Below, in pieces: positions 1 to 11,892 of a DNA stretch of 58,322 nucleotides. A program made the position numbers and the translations under genes. Where the stretch lies: positions 49,327,239 to 49,385,560 of the forward strand of contig NC_068993.1 of the NCBI RefSeq assembly GCF_001194135.2, written 5' to 3'. Source of the DNA: Octopus bimaculoides (lineage: Eukaryota). The notes under the pieces are model-generated. The model ran no database searches. It was not told the origin of the DNA and worked only from the letters and a program-made list of their open reading frames with translations. The number at the start of each line of letters is the position of its first letter. Positions within the stretch are counted from its first letter, which is position 1.

Positions 1-72
1 CTTATTTCTGTTTAAATGTTTTATGTGTTTACTTGCATGTGTAATATATGAGGGTGCGTGTGTGCTCACGTT

Positions 73-139
<67 letters not shown>

Positions 140-1825
140 AGTCTTTATGGTTTTTACGGATGCCTAAAACTTTAATGAAATCTGTGTATGTGTTCATAGT
201 GTATCATAGCATGAATATACATGTACATTGCATCTGTACATTGTCCGAGTGCGTGTGTGTGCGTGCGCGCATTTATCAACCTAATCAAGTTCAGTTATTT
301 TGTAACGTATCGATGATATTTTTAAAGTTTACTTTTGTAAGGAACAGTAGTAGAAAGGGGATAAGTTGGATGGAGTGGGGACTGGGCAGAGATAGCTGCC
401 AAATGTTTGGTGGAAAGAAAACATGGAGCATTTGTAAAGCAGGAGCAGTAAATATAGAAATGTCAATCACAACAGCATCCATTAACCCCTGGGGTCTTTT
501 TCGAAATGATATATTTGAAGCGGTTAGAAAGGCGGGGTGTTTGTAGTCGGTGTCATTCGCTACATACTACTGATGCGTGTATGCCTGTGTGTTTTATCTT
601 TTTTTCTAACCTTTCCCTGTTTCTTTCGTTTTTTATATCATCACTTCTTAAGTCATTGAAATTACAAACTGTCAAAATGATAGGATAGTCATGCAATCTT
701 ATCCAAGGATTTAGCCGGATTAACTTCTAATCAAATTAGAGTCGAACAGGGACTAAAGTTTTCTTCTTGTGGCCTTGTTTTGATGTGTGTGTGTTTGGCT
801 TTTTGGTTGGAATAAATAATTAATGACCGGCTTCAATATGCTTCATTAAATAAATGCTGAGCTCTCGCAGTCTTAGGTTCGATTTCATTCTCTCTTTTTA
901 ATTCGGAACAATTTACACTTTCCCTTCACGTTACGAGAGAAAAAGAAGAAAGGAAGGAAGAGAAATTCTCAGTCTGCTCTTATGATTTATTATTGTTTTT
1001 CTACTTCTGTTAGTAATTTCATTCGGTATCTCTGCTTCTTCAGGAACCTGAATTGCAGGAAGTCCCCAAACTAATCCTTTAGTGGTGTCAAACCCTGAAT
1101 TAGCAAACTACTTTCACTCGCAGCACGCAGCTGATATTTCGTCATTTAGGTGTTTGGTTTCTCTTGAGATTGTAAAAGATAAAATATTTATTTCCCAAGA
1201 TTACAAAATATACAGTACAGATTGTAATCAGCCGAGAACCGATAGAAGATCACAAGCAGCTGGTTATATTCCATAGAGGCCGTCTTGATAATAATATTGA
1301 TTTCTTACACAATAAATAGAAGACTTCAGATTTATAGGGGAGAAGAAATAAAGTTATATGATGTTCATATCTTTCTCGGGGACATTAGACATGTAAACGA
1401 TGTGAAATGGCTCCAAATGGGAATCGAAAGCTGGTCGCATATTTTGTTCGAAAGTTTAACGCTATGACACACATTACTTTCCCCCCAGAAGAATATCCGT
1501 TACAAGCATATGCACGAAATTAGATTGTGTGACGTTCATGCCGTTCTCAAAGCTATCAATGATGTAAGTGATATGAGATAAAGTAATAATCTTTTGTAGA
1601 GGTTGTTCTTAACTGAACCCCTATCATTCATAATTTATTGCCAGTCCACAGAGTCCCTAATTAACTTCGGTATTATGGATACATTTACAACATTATTCTA
1701 TAAATGTTCTATGAATAAAGAAAACAACTGAGGTGACTAACCTCTTATAATTATTTCATGTGAATATTATTCATTTATTTCGGAGTTGTACTTGTTTGCT
1801 CAGTGACTTAATATGAGACAGTACG

Positions 1826-1910
1826 TTAAAACTGAAACAATTACATCATGGAAGAGTCGTAATAACAATTACGTTGAAACTGAAACAATTACTTCATGGA
1901 AGAAGAGTCT
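1826..1910. repeat. Short direct duplication (period about 47 bp)
   Basis: GTTAAAACTGAAACAATTACATCATGGAAGAG and GTTGAAACTGAAACAATTACTTCATGGAAGAAG. Confidence 0.85.
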
Positions 1911-2024
1911 TTTAAAACACGCTTATACCGCCATATTCAATCTTGCATTATTTCTTAATATTATTATTGAAATATAAAGTGTTAAAGTTTCGTTGTACGT
2001 TTCGTGATTATTAATTGAAGGATG

Positions 2025-2250
2025 AAGCAGCGAGCTGGCTGAATTGATACCGTGACGGACAAAATGTTTAGCAGCATTTCTTCCAGTTTTTCGTTCTGAG
2101 TTCAAATGCCTCCAAGTTCGACTTTGTCCTTTATCCTTTCGAGGTCGATAAATTAAGTAACATTTGGGTACTTGGGTTGACGTTATTGACAGCATCTCAC
2201 CACAGAAGAAGAAAAAGATTCGGACCTTGTGGCTATAACAAAGAATTATT
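2025..2250 (+). mobile_element. SINE family A copy (GCAGCGAGCTGGC..GAGTTCAAATTCC..GTCGATAAATTAAGTAC)
   Basis: Aligns by eye to the copies at 6085, 8448, 23670 and 31695. tRNA-like head with a B-box-like GAGTTCAAAT. CpGs retained. Confidence 0.85.
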
Positions 2251-4673
2251 TTATTTAGGGATATGAGGAAGTAGAGTGACAGAAACTGTAGAAGGAAGAG
2301 ATAAATATGAAGAATTCTGTATATCATATATTTTCTTTTACCAGTTTTGCATCTTAAGTCCAGATTGCGACTGTCAATTTTGATTTTCATCCACCCAAGG
2401 CCTGTAAAATAAGTACGAGTCACCAGTCATCTATGATTTTATTCAATCTACAAAACAAACCCCTATATATGTGGAGAAATGTATTATTACACGCACAACT
2501 TAATTATTTCTATTTTGAAATTAGCTGGTTGGATGTAAATGAGTGTTTTGTTTGTTTTAATAATTTGGAGAGGTTTTGAAAATAGATATATGAAATAAAA
2601 ATTGCGATAGAAGAGTAGAAAAACATTGAAAAATTGAATACAGTGTTTAACTATTTCCTCTCCTCCCCTTTTTACTCGGTACTTCAGAAAATTTTAAATA
2701 ACAGTTTAGTGCTTGCAACAACAATTCTGTTTGTGGCTTCTTCCTTAGCTAACCATTTTAGCAAACACTTTCTTTATTTGCTCAAAATGTGATGGCATCC
2801 TGCCTGCTTTTTTTATACTGAGCCTGTGTCGGACTATTTTTGCTCTTTTTTTTCTTTCTTGCCGTTAAATCAGGTCTTAAAATAATTTACCACAGAAACC
2901 GTACTATGTTGAAACTATATTGTTGTCTGTTTTTTGTTCTTTGTTTTTCTGGGGCGAAGCAAAAGTAAACTACTTTTACCAAGTATTTCCACAATAAATC
3001 CGATAATATAATCCAAAAGACAATATTTTTGATATTTGATATCGAGCTGCGAAGAATACATGCTGTGCTTGGTGTGTGACTGTAACACACATACATATGG
3101 GCACGTATACACACACACACACACCAAATATCTCCCAAAACACAAACATCAAGTTTGTTTTCAAGGGAATGGATTACACATACACTCACACATACACCAT
3201 TATTCAAGGATCTGCTTGCTCAGCATTAAACCATTCTTGTAAATACACAGACTTCAGCTCACGTATGAATGCAGACAGATCTCTCTCTCTGTTAACCATG
3301 GCTTAAGAATTTGTATTGCGGTAATACCGATGCTTAAGTAGACTAAGATGCTATTTTTGTCTCTTACAAATCGTTGTTGTATGTTGACACGGACCAAATC
3401 TGCGATTTTTGTTTCGATTCTAGGTTAAGGTTGTTTCACATTCACACGTTAGACCGTTCAAAAAAAAGTTGAATATCTCAACTTTTTGCCTGAATTCTCT
3501 TAAATTATGGAATTTCACCTCCATAGTCTTTCCTACCACAGTTGCTTCGTTTATTCTCAAACAATCAACACAGTTATTACCTGTCTTTTCAGTATTTGTG
3601 AGGCATTAATCTTAAAAGTCGATGTATGGTAAGACATGTTCTTTCATGTCTGACCAAGTAAAAAGAGTTATTGCTTCGAAAAAATAACAAAGACAATCCA
3701 ACTATAATGATCCCTTTTCTTTTAATGACTGCAGGGTGTAATTTGAAGATTTTACTGCTATTTCTAGCAGATCGAGTATTCGTGCAGAGGTTTGTTTCCT
3801 TGTTGGCTCGTTGTAATCAAACTCGAGTCAGTGTTTCCTCACCTGCACCTTAATAAATATGAGAGCCATTATTTTCCGTATTGTACAAATCACACTCGTC
3901 AAGAACCAATGAAGACTGTGTTTACATAGGGAAAATCTCTTTTACACGTGTGCCCATTTTCCTGTTATTTTAAGCTCCCACCCCGCACGAGTTCTGACGT
4001 GGTTGGCCAACTTCGTTAAGCCTCTGAGGTAGCAAAGGGAGAAGGCTTGTTTCTTAAAGCGCACGTCATTAAGTTTCATCTTACTAATTTGAAACCTTGA
4101 TAAATGTACCCAAGAGACTTACTTTTTACGCACCCGAACGATTGAAGAAAAAAAACTAGATTTAAAAAAATGAATTTTCGTTACTAAATTAACAAGTGTT
4201 GAAAAGTAATTTATCGGAAATATTCGAATGTTCCATTAGAAAAACAATATTTCAAATACAAGACTGCTATTTTAATTCTTAACTAATTGTTTTTTAGCTA
4301 AGGTCTTTCCATGTCGTATATTTTTACAGTAGTAATTAGAAACAATATTGGCCTGTAAATAGACATGCGCCAGTGGACAAGTTCATCTATGTCGTCATAT
4401 TACTGATTCGTCGACATTAATATATGGCAAACATTTAAAAACTTTTTTTGTCACCAATCATGATAAGCAGATTTCAGCTTAGGCACTTTGTCCAATCAAA
4501 TATGTAAACATATTATTTTCTTCGCTAAGACAGTTTAAATTCCATTAATTAATCAGAAGTGAACTGCTTAACGATTTACTAAAAATAAACTGGATTTTGT
4601 TTTTATATTTGTCAAACGCCTCGTAAGTTTCTAGTACATGCGATATGCTTAAAAAACAAAGTTATGGTGTGTG

Positions 4674-4708
<35 letters not shown>

Positions 4709-5585
4709 NNNNNNNNNNNNNNNNNNNNNNNNNNNNNNNNNNNNNNNNNNNNNNNNNNNNNNNNNNNNNNNNNNNNNNNNNNNNNNNNNNNNNNNNNNNN
4801 NNNNNNNNNNNNNNNNNNNNNNNNNNNNNNNNNNNNNNNNNNNNNNNNNNNNNNNNNNNNNNNNNNNNNNNNNNNNNNNNNNNNNNNNNNNNNNNNNNNN
4901 NNNNNNNNNNNNNNNNNNNNNNNNNNNNNNNNNNNNNNNNNNNNNNNNNNNNNNNNNNNNNNNNNNNNNNNNNNNNNNNNNNNNNNNNNNNNNNNNNNNN
5001 NNNNNNNNNNNNNNNNNNNNNNNNNNNNNNNNNNNNNNNNNNNNNNNNNNNNNNNNNNNNNNNNNNNNNNNNNNNNNNNNNNNNNNNNNNNNNNNNNNNN
5101 NNNNNNNNNNNNNNNNNNNNNNNNNNNNNNNNNNNNNNNNNNNNNNNNNNNNNNNNNNNNNNNNNNNNNNNNNNNNNNNNNNNNNNNNNNNNNNNNNNNN
5201 NNNNNNNNNNNNNNNNNNNNNNNNNNNNNNNNNNNNNNNNNNNNNNNNNNNNNNNNNNNNNNNNNNNNNNNNNTACTCTAGAATAGTCTCTTCCTGAGTA
5301 GTGGATCAACCCACTACACAGAGGATTCCAAGGTGGCAAACACAAACCAAGACAGGAAAAAATGGACAGTGAAAACAACATTCAAAAGCCGCACGACCAA
5401 ACGCAAATCTGAGGTAGAACGCTAGTAGTTCGTCTTGCCTTCACAGCGGCTGGAGTGAAAAGAAAGTTGACCACAGGTCACACGAGAGCAGAGAGGATGG
5501 TGGAGGGAGGAAGTGGAACAAGGAGGAAGGGACAGAAGGGTATAGCAGTGAAGTAGAGGCCAGGACAGAGGTATAGATAGAAAGA

Positions 5586-6086
5586 TATTGGGTTGGCAAG
5601 AAAGTAATTTCGTTTTTCGAAAATAGTTACGATTTTTTAATGACTTTTTTTAATGTTATGACTTTTCCTTTTGACTTTCAATAGCCATTACTTTTAGCTT
5701 AAGCTAGAAACAGGTTGCGCGTAATTTTGTTTACAGCTGTTAGTTCAGTGTCATTTTTAAGATGGAGTGTAAAAACGAACATTTTCGCCATATTTTGCAT
5801 TTTTTATTTCCGTAAAGGCAAGAAAGCTGCTGAGGCTCACAAAGAGATATTTGAAGTTTATGGTGTTGATTGCTTAACAGAACGCACGTCTCAGAAATGG
5901 TTTTAAAAGTTCTGTTCTGGAGATTTTTCACTCAAAGATGACGACCGAATCGAAGCCATAATTGAATCTGATTGTCATATAATTGTGCGAGAGATTGCAG
6001 AGAGGTTAAATGTATCACACACAACAATTGAAAATCATTTAAAATGCATTGGACTGGTTAAGAAACCCGATATTTGGGTTCCACAA
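5586..6086 (+). mobile_element. Mariner (Tc1/mariner) transposon relic, 5' half: TA + left TIR + disrupted N-terminal transposase
   Basis: TA (5586-87) is followed by TIR TTGGGTTGGCAAGAAAGTAATTTCG. From ATG 5762, allowing one frameshift and one stop, it reads MECKNEHFRHILH/FYFRKGKKAAEAHKEIFEVYGVDCLTERTSQKWF*KFCSGDFSLKDD..IEAIIESDCHIIVREIAERLNVSHTTIENHLKCIGLVKKPDIWVPQ. This is the mariner bipartite HTH ending at the WVP(H) linker motif, where a SINE truncates it. Confidence 0.92.
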
Positions 6087-6280
6087 GGCCCAAAATTCTG
6101 CGAGAGGGGGGCCAGTCGATTTGATCGATCCCAGTACACAACTGGTACTTAATTTATCTACCCCGAAAGGATGAAAGGCAAAGTCGACCTTGGCGGAATT
6201 TGAACTCAGAACGTAAAGACAGACGAAATACCGCTAAGCATTTCGACCGGCGTGCTAACGTTTCTGCCAGCTCGCCGCCT
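6085..6280 (-). mobile_element. SINE family A copy abutting the truncated mariner
   Basis: Reverse complement of family A (TCTGCCAGCTCGCCGCC head at about 6263-6279). CpG-rich, apparently young. Confidence 0.88.
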
Positions 6281-7660
6281 ACTTCCTTAAATTATTGAAT
6301 GAATTCTACTACTGATGCTATAGTTATGAACTTTCTTCCTTTACTGGATTCTGTCATTGAAAGATGGCTATGCTGGGGCATCGCTTTGGCGGATTTTAGG
6401 CAATTATATCGATTCCTGTACTTCGTCTGGGAAGTATAATTGGGTAAGTCAACCTTATAGAATAGAACGTAACTAAATATCATATTATAGTTTTGTTCGA
6501 CACACCGACTCTGCTCTTCCTCGCTGATACAGACAAGTGCACACACGCACACACATCTGTGTGTCTGCACAGTTGTTCTCTACCAAATTTTACACGATTT
6601 TGGTTAAGCCGAGTCAACAGTAGTCATCACCTACCCAAGGTACCCATCGCGTAGTGGAACCGAACCTTTTTAACTACGGTATCACACTTTGAAATTAATA
6701 CATTTCATTACAGGAAAAACTAATAGTCTGTCTTGCTGAATTTACGATATTATCAGCGTAAGGCATGTTTTGCAGGACCAATCATTATTTTTGCTGGAGT
6801 TTAATTTTCCCTCTTTGAACTTATCAATATTAACTCTATAGAATTTGTTCATGATTTGGAAATTAAAATCTATCTTGATGAAAAAGCTAAATACATTATT
6901 TTGCTGAATTTTTGATTTTGTGCATTTATTTCTTTGAAACTGCATTACTATTTTAGATGTAAAAAATATAATTTCTCGCTTGAATGAAAATGCGGCATTT
7001 ATTTTAATTTTTTAAAAATCCCACAAAATCAAAATGAATATATATTCCAGCAGGATGTTTCTGAATTTAAATAGAAATAGGTATACATGTGTATTCTGAA
7101 TTTTCTGAATTCGATAATAGCTATCCTTTCTTTCAACTGTGGATCACTTGATCCCTCTAGATATCTTTCAGTCGTAGATCTTTGATGGTTATTTTTTTTT
7201 AAAGAGCAACAGCAACAGAAGATAGAGGTGACCAGAGAATTGTTGCCATTGTTAGTGCCTATATTACACCTACTGTTTATGCTCATGAGCGAGGAATTTA
7301 TGTAAATGGAAGAATTTTACCATCATAGACCTGCATGTGGCCCCGGCAGCTGCAACAGCAACAAGCGCTTCAGATTCAGGAGCAATAAAATTTTATAATG
7401 GTGTTGTGGATGCACGTTTCGTAGTATCACCACCTTCACTGTAACCAAACCAAGCCGTCCATCTTTCCAGCTGCAAGAAATCCAGTCTCTGAAACCCCCT
7501 TTTAAGCTGTCACAACTCATTTTCCTGTGAGTTTATTCCACTGATCTTTGTTTTTTTTTAGTCACAAAGTAGCAGGTTGGCGCAGATAAGTCACCTTCAC
7601 CACGGTTAAGGGACCCTAGCTACTCCACTTTTAGATAAATGTTCTGGCAAGAAATATACA

Positions 7661-7835
7661 GTCGAGATCACTAGCGTAGCTGGAGTGAGGTGGGGTGGTC
7701 TACCCTGGGCGGCTCTTTTCATTCTCTTGTAGGCTATTGCTGTAGGCAATATATGTTTTTTGTGGGGTCCGGGGTCGGCAAACGGAAGGGCTGCCCCGGG
7801 ACGGCACACCCTCTTGCTACGCTAGTGGTCGAGAT
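7661..7835. mobile_element. 159-bp MITE with 12-bp TIRs and 8-bp TSD (hAT-like)
   Basis: GTCGAGAT at 7661-68 and again at 7828-35. These flank CACTAGCGTAGC (7669-80) and its exact reverse complement GCTACGCTAGTG (7816-27). The GC-rich interior has further degenerate inverted similarity. Confidence 0.82.
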
Positions 7836-7886
7836 ACAAAAGTAAATGGGAGAGCAGCTTGGCTGTCCTTGACTTTGTTCTGTTAG

Positions 7887-8074
7887 ACTTTTTGCAACCC
7901 TCTACACCAGAGCAGCCAAGTAAAGATATCAATTTCATAGTTGATGACTCGACCCTAGTAGTGGTACCGTACACTGGATTACATGTTACCAGTAGTACAC
8001 AAAAGCGACCCCGCAAAGCTGCTTCTTTTAGTGAACGAGAAGTACCAGAAGTTTCCAGTTCAGTACGAAGTTGA
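7887..8074 (+). CDS. Candidate terminal exon (..FLQPSTPEQPSKDINFIVDDS..KRPRKAASFSEREVPEVSSSVRS*)
   Basis: Acceptor CTTTGTTCTGTTAG, 62-codon open frame, AATAAA at about 8201. No homology recognised. Confidence 0.17.
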
Positions 8075-8447
8075 ATGGGGATAGCGTTAGGTGTTTTAAG
8101 ATAGACAAAAATGTAATTTTTATTCATTAACCGGGATACAAAACTGACATCTGTCAGTCTGCAAAACGAATTTTGTTTATATAAAAATTGTTTAACCCTC
8201 AATAAAAATTGAAAAATAAGGCACATTTACAGCCGGCAGTGGCTAAAACGCGAACCGATCAAGTTTATGTATAAATTTTCTTTTTATATGTTTGTTTCCT
8301 TTTACACAGTATTAAAACAACGGCTAAAAATTTTCTGAAGCAGCCCCTGCACTAATTTCGTCTATGAGCCCCCACTGGCTAAATGGTATCCAAAGGACTG
8401 GGAAATCTCGTTACATTTTACAGGCATTCCGTCGATTACAGGGGTAA

Positions 8448-8595
8448 GGGCAGCGAGCTGGCAGAATCGTTAACACACTGGGAGAAATGCTTAGCGGTAT
8501 TTCGTCTGCCACTATGTTCTGAGTTCAAATTCCGCCGAGGTCGACTTTTGCCTTTCATCCTTTCGGCGTCGATAAATTAAGTACCAGTTGAGTAC
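8448..8595 (+). mobile_element. SINE family A copy
   Basis: GGCAGCGAGCTGGCAGAATCG..GAGTTCAAATTCCGCCGAGGTCGAC..GTCGATAAATTAAGTACCAG. Confidence 0.88.
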
Positions 8596-8596
8596 T

Positions 8597-8742
8597 TAAT
8601 TACTCATTTTGCCAGCTGAGCAGACACGAGCAACGTGAAATAATGTGTCTTGCTCAATGACACAGTGCGCCGCCAGGAATCGAATTCACTACGTTAGGAT
8701 CGCGAGCCGAATACTCTAACCACTAAACCACGTGTCTTCACA
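8597..8742 (-). mobile_element. tRNA-headed SINE family C copy
   Basis: TACTCATTTTGCCAGCTGAG..GAGCAACGTGAAATAATGTGTCTTGCTCAA..GAATCGAA..CTAACCACTAAACCACG, colinear with 19945-20090. Confidence 0.82.
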
Positions 8743-8979
8743 TCGTTACATTTAGAAGCTTAGAAATCAACTTGCAGATCCCCTTTAGAGTATACACAAT
8801 TGCAAGTTTTGTTTGCCTGAGAAACTGCATATCCTTGAATTTACGCATTCTATCCAATTTGTTGTTGTGTCTCCCACTATTTCTCCGCTTCTTCCTGTAG
8901 TGTATATTGCTATCTTACTTAGTTTATTAAATTATGTATGTGTGCGATTATTTTATGTTATATGTGTTACCTAAAGATG

Positions 8980-9135
8980 TGCGCGTATTTTACACACGCG
9001 CGCGCCACTGATTTTCCGTCAACTGATAGTCCGGCGCCTTTAAATTACGAAGGGGAATTTGAAATTCTCGTCGCCGTCAGTCTAGTTCACAACGCGACCA
9101 CACTAAGCGTTGAGTGTACCGCGTGTTTACATGCA
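8980..9135. promoter_or_regulatory. CpG-rich island, possible promoter or TSS
   Basis: Dense CpG (CACACGCGCGCGCC, CCGGCGCC, CTCGTCGCCGTC, AACGCGACC, GTACCGCG) in non-repeat sequence. Promoter function is inferred only. Confidence 0.3.
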
Positions 9136-9760
9136 TTATTTATACTGTATTTATTAGTGGCGATACTAAAATTTTGAGAGATTCCCCGCTTATTTAGATT
9201 AAAGTTGGTCTTAGTTATAGTTAGGGTCTGTGTGTATGTGCATGCACACACATACATACATACATACATACATATTCATGTGCGTATATGTAATATGTGT
9301 GGTTGTTGTTAGCAAGCTACAACAGACGACGAAAGAGAAATATATAGACATTCTTTTGCGATAAAGTATTAGACATAAAGGGAAAACGAAAAGCGTTTTC
9401 AAAGTTAGTAAGCACTATAAGTGAATGAGTGAGTGTATTCTTGTTTGTTTTCATTATGATACCTGAGTTGTATGGCGGCTATCGGTTATGCTTACACAAA
9501 CTAAACACTGTCAAATGACAGATTAAAACTGATGTTTTCATTGCGAGGATTGGTAATTGGAACTTTAAGATGAATTATGACGTATGGAAAAGGGGTGGGG
9601 TGATGATAGGGATGAGAGGTGGGGGTGGCAGTTGTATCTGTTGGCGAACTGTTTCGTTTGGTTGAAATGAGCTTTTAAATCTCGATCTAATTAATTACCT
9701 TAATGTACCTGCAGACTATTTCAGCTTCAGCTCATTAGGATTTTAAATATTGCTTCCCAG

Positions 9761-9851
9761 AAGAGCGTGGACGTGGTTAGTGGCGGCGGTGATGACGGGA
9801 GCCCTGCTTAATTATTATAAAGTACTAGAGATGATTTACTCTAGTACAGAA
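9761..9851 (+). CDS. Candidate 91-nt internal or 5'UTR exon (open frame RAWTWLVAAVMTGALLNYYKVLEMIYSSTE)
   Basis: Acceptor TTGCTTCCCAG, donor GAA|GTAAGA, locally GC-rich. No homology recognised. Confidence 0.18.
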
Positions 9852-10804
9852 GTAAGATATATGGTGTTAGGCTGCAATTATTGTCAAAGCTGCCTTGTCG
9901 ATTACGACGTAATATCTCGGGCGATCAGCAATGTAAAGTTAAATATTTAATCCAAAAGTCCGGAAGTTTACATTATGACACAAAATAATTTGGCTAAGAA
10001 GTTGAGCAAATACCTTCATGCGAATTATAACTCCCGGCATTGCTTCTTTCCTTTTACACACCATACTAAATTTGCTTTATTTTAGTTTTACTGCATTTTA
10101 ATTAGAGTAGTGGATCGGCGTAATTTGTAGACCTACTGATAACGTTAACTATGTTGCGCCGACTAGGATAGGGAAACAACTCCAGTGTTAGTTGCCCAAC
10201 TTTTTATGCTACGCTCCAGCAGAAAAAAGGGCATTCAAAGGTGCTGCGTAATGGTAGGGGATATCGTCAAGCGAAACTAAAGAGGAACGAGTTGCATTGA
10301 AGCTCCAATATTGTTTGTTGCCCTTGCATTTAAACCCGTTCAAGAACACAACATTGGCGGCGTGGCTGAGATATAATAAAAAAAGGTTACTATTAATATA
10401 CTAGTTCCTTTTTCTCTGAATTTGTGACCCTGTGCTGATGTAAGAAATCGTTATTCTAATAACGGAGGAAATTGTGACTTGTTGGATAAATTCCTAACAA
10501 TATTTAGTCTCATCCATTTGCGTTCTAAATTCGAATCCCACTTGCGTTGTCTTTGCTTTTCGCTCGCCCAGTTTTCATCTATATCCAACTGTGGCCAATA
10601 TTTTTCTATACCTTTGTGGCTTTGTGCTTGAATAGAAAGACATCAATCAAAAATACTAAAATCATGCATGGTCACATTATGTTCTTATTTAGATCATTGG
10701 ATCTTGAAGGTGGTATTAAAAATACACATGCTGTCGGCTTTTTCTTCTCTTTGTGTGTCACAATCGTGTCTGTTTACATACATATGCATGCATATGTGCG
10801 TGCG

Positions 10805-10962
10805 TGATGGGTTTCAGCAGACTCCTATCAAATTCCATTCTCAAATTATTAAGCAAACTTAGTCTGTAGTAGAAGCCATTTGCCCAAGATGCCACGCAGT
10901 AGGCTCGAACCCAGGATCAAGGGGTTGCCGTGCGAGCTTCCTAACAACACAAAGACGCCTGC
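10805..10962 (-). mobile_element. tRNA-headed SINE family B copy (5' part, diverged)
   Basis: TAGTAGAAGCCATTTGCCCAAGATGCCACGCAGTAGGCTCGAACCCAGG matches the reverse strand of family B. Confidence 0.65.
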
Positions 10963-11659
10963 AGCACAGAAAAGAATCCTTAACCATAAACTTTTGGTGA
11001 ACTATTTTTTTTCTTTTTGGTTCTTATCATATATTATTCGCGTGACTAAGATCTCACTAAAAACTGGGCTTAGTCCAGTTGGTAATGGAAATATCACTTT
11101 ACACTCTTAATTAATTCAGCCGTGTGTGTGTTTATAAGTGTGTACGTGTAATCTTTGTGTGATTTAGCTGCTTATGACCTAGGGTTGGAATCTGTCATGA
11201 GTCATCGCAGATATTATAACTTCATCATGTCTCTATAGATCCAAAACAAAACCATAAGTAAAGAATAAAGACACGTTCAACTACAAATGAAAATCCTCCA
11301 ACTGCCTTCTTTGCCTTAGAGTCCATCAACTTCTCTGACTAAGGAAGGACACATCAAAATTCTTGTCGTCATTCTTTTTTTTTTCTTTTTGCTTTTGCTG
11401 TTTTCCATTTTTCCTTTTAATATTTTCAGTTAACATTCCTTGATTCTATTTTCTTGTTAGTTTTGTATCGTGCAGACGACGTATGACAAAGTAATTGCTT
11501 CCATTTCTAATGTACCATACTTTCTTTTTACTCTGCATCTTCATTATTTATTCTATATTTAGGTGAGTGTATTTACTGTATGTGTGTAGGGTGTGTGAGA
11601 GACACAAAAGAGAGAGAGAAAGAGAGAGAGGGAGATATGTCGAATCGGTTTTCGCTCAC

Positions 11660-11741
11660 CGTTTGCTGTGGCGGATAGCCTGGTAATCCTGACATCGCTA
11701 TGGAATACCTGTACAAACCAATTATTGACATAACTTCGACT
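11660..11741 (-). CDS. Candidate exon carrying a start codon: (MSIIGLYRYSIA)MSGLPGYPPQQT
   Basis: Minus strand: acceptor TTATTTTGCAG, in-frame ATGs at 11731 and 11695, donor ACG|GTGAGC at 11660/11659, and a (GA)n tract upstream. No downstream exon was found and the product is not recognised. Confidence 0.3.
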
Positions 11742-11767
11742 CTGCAAAATAAGTAATACACGCACGC

Positions 11768-11839
11768 TCTCTCTCTCTCTCTCTCTCTCTTCTTCTTCTT
11801 CTTCTTCTTCTTTCTCTCTTCTTCTTCTCTTTCTCTTCT

Positions 11840-11890
<51 letters not shown>
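11768..11890. repeat. (CT)n/(CTT)n microsatellite
   Basis: Seen directly. Confidence 0.95.

Positions 11891-11892
<2 letters not shown>

Noticed and set aside
58-546. 162-aa ORF, and the other long ORFs with [16 protein letters not shown] or X runs
   Set aside because: They are translations of microsatellites, low-complexity tracts or N gaps.
3463-3487. 10-bp hairpin AAAAAGTTGA/TCAACTTTTT, and similar 9-bp stems at 9823 and 24906
   Set aside because: Short AT-rich stems are expected by chance at this composition.
11335-11375. CTGACTAAGG..CAAAATTCTTGTC as another decayed hammerhead
   Set aside because: It needs too many substitutions, and stems I and II do not pair.
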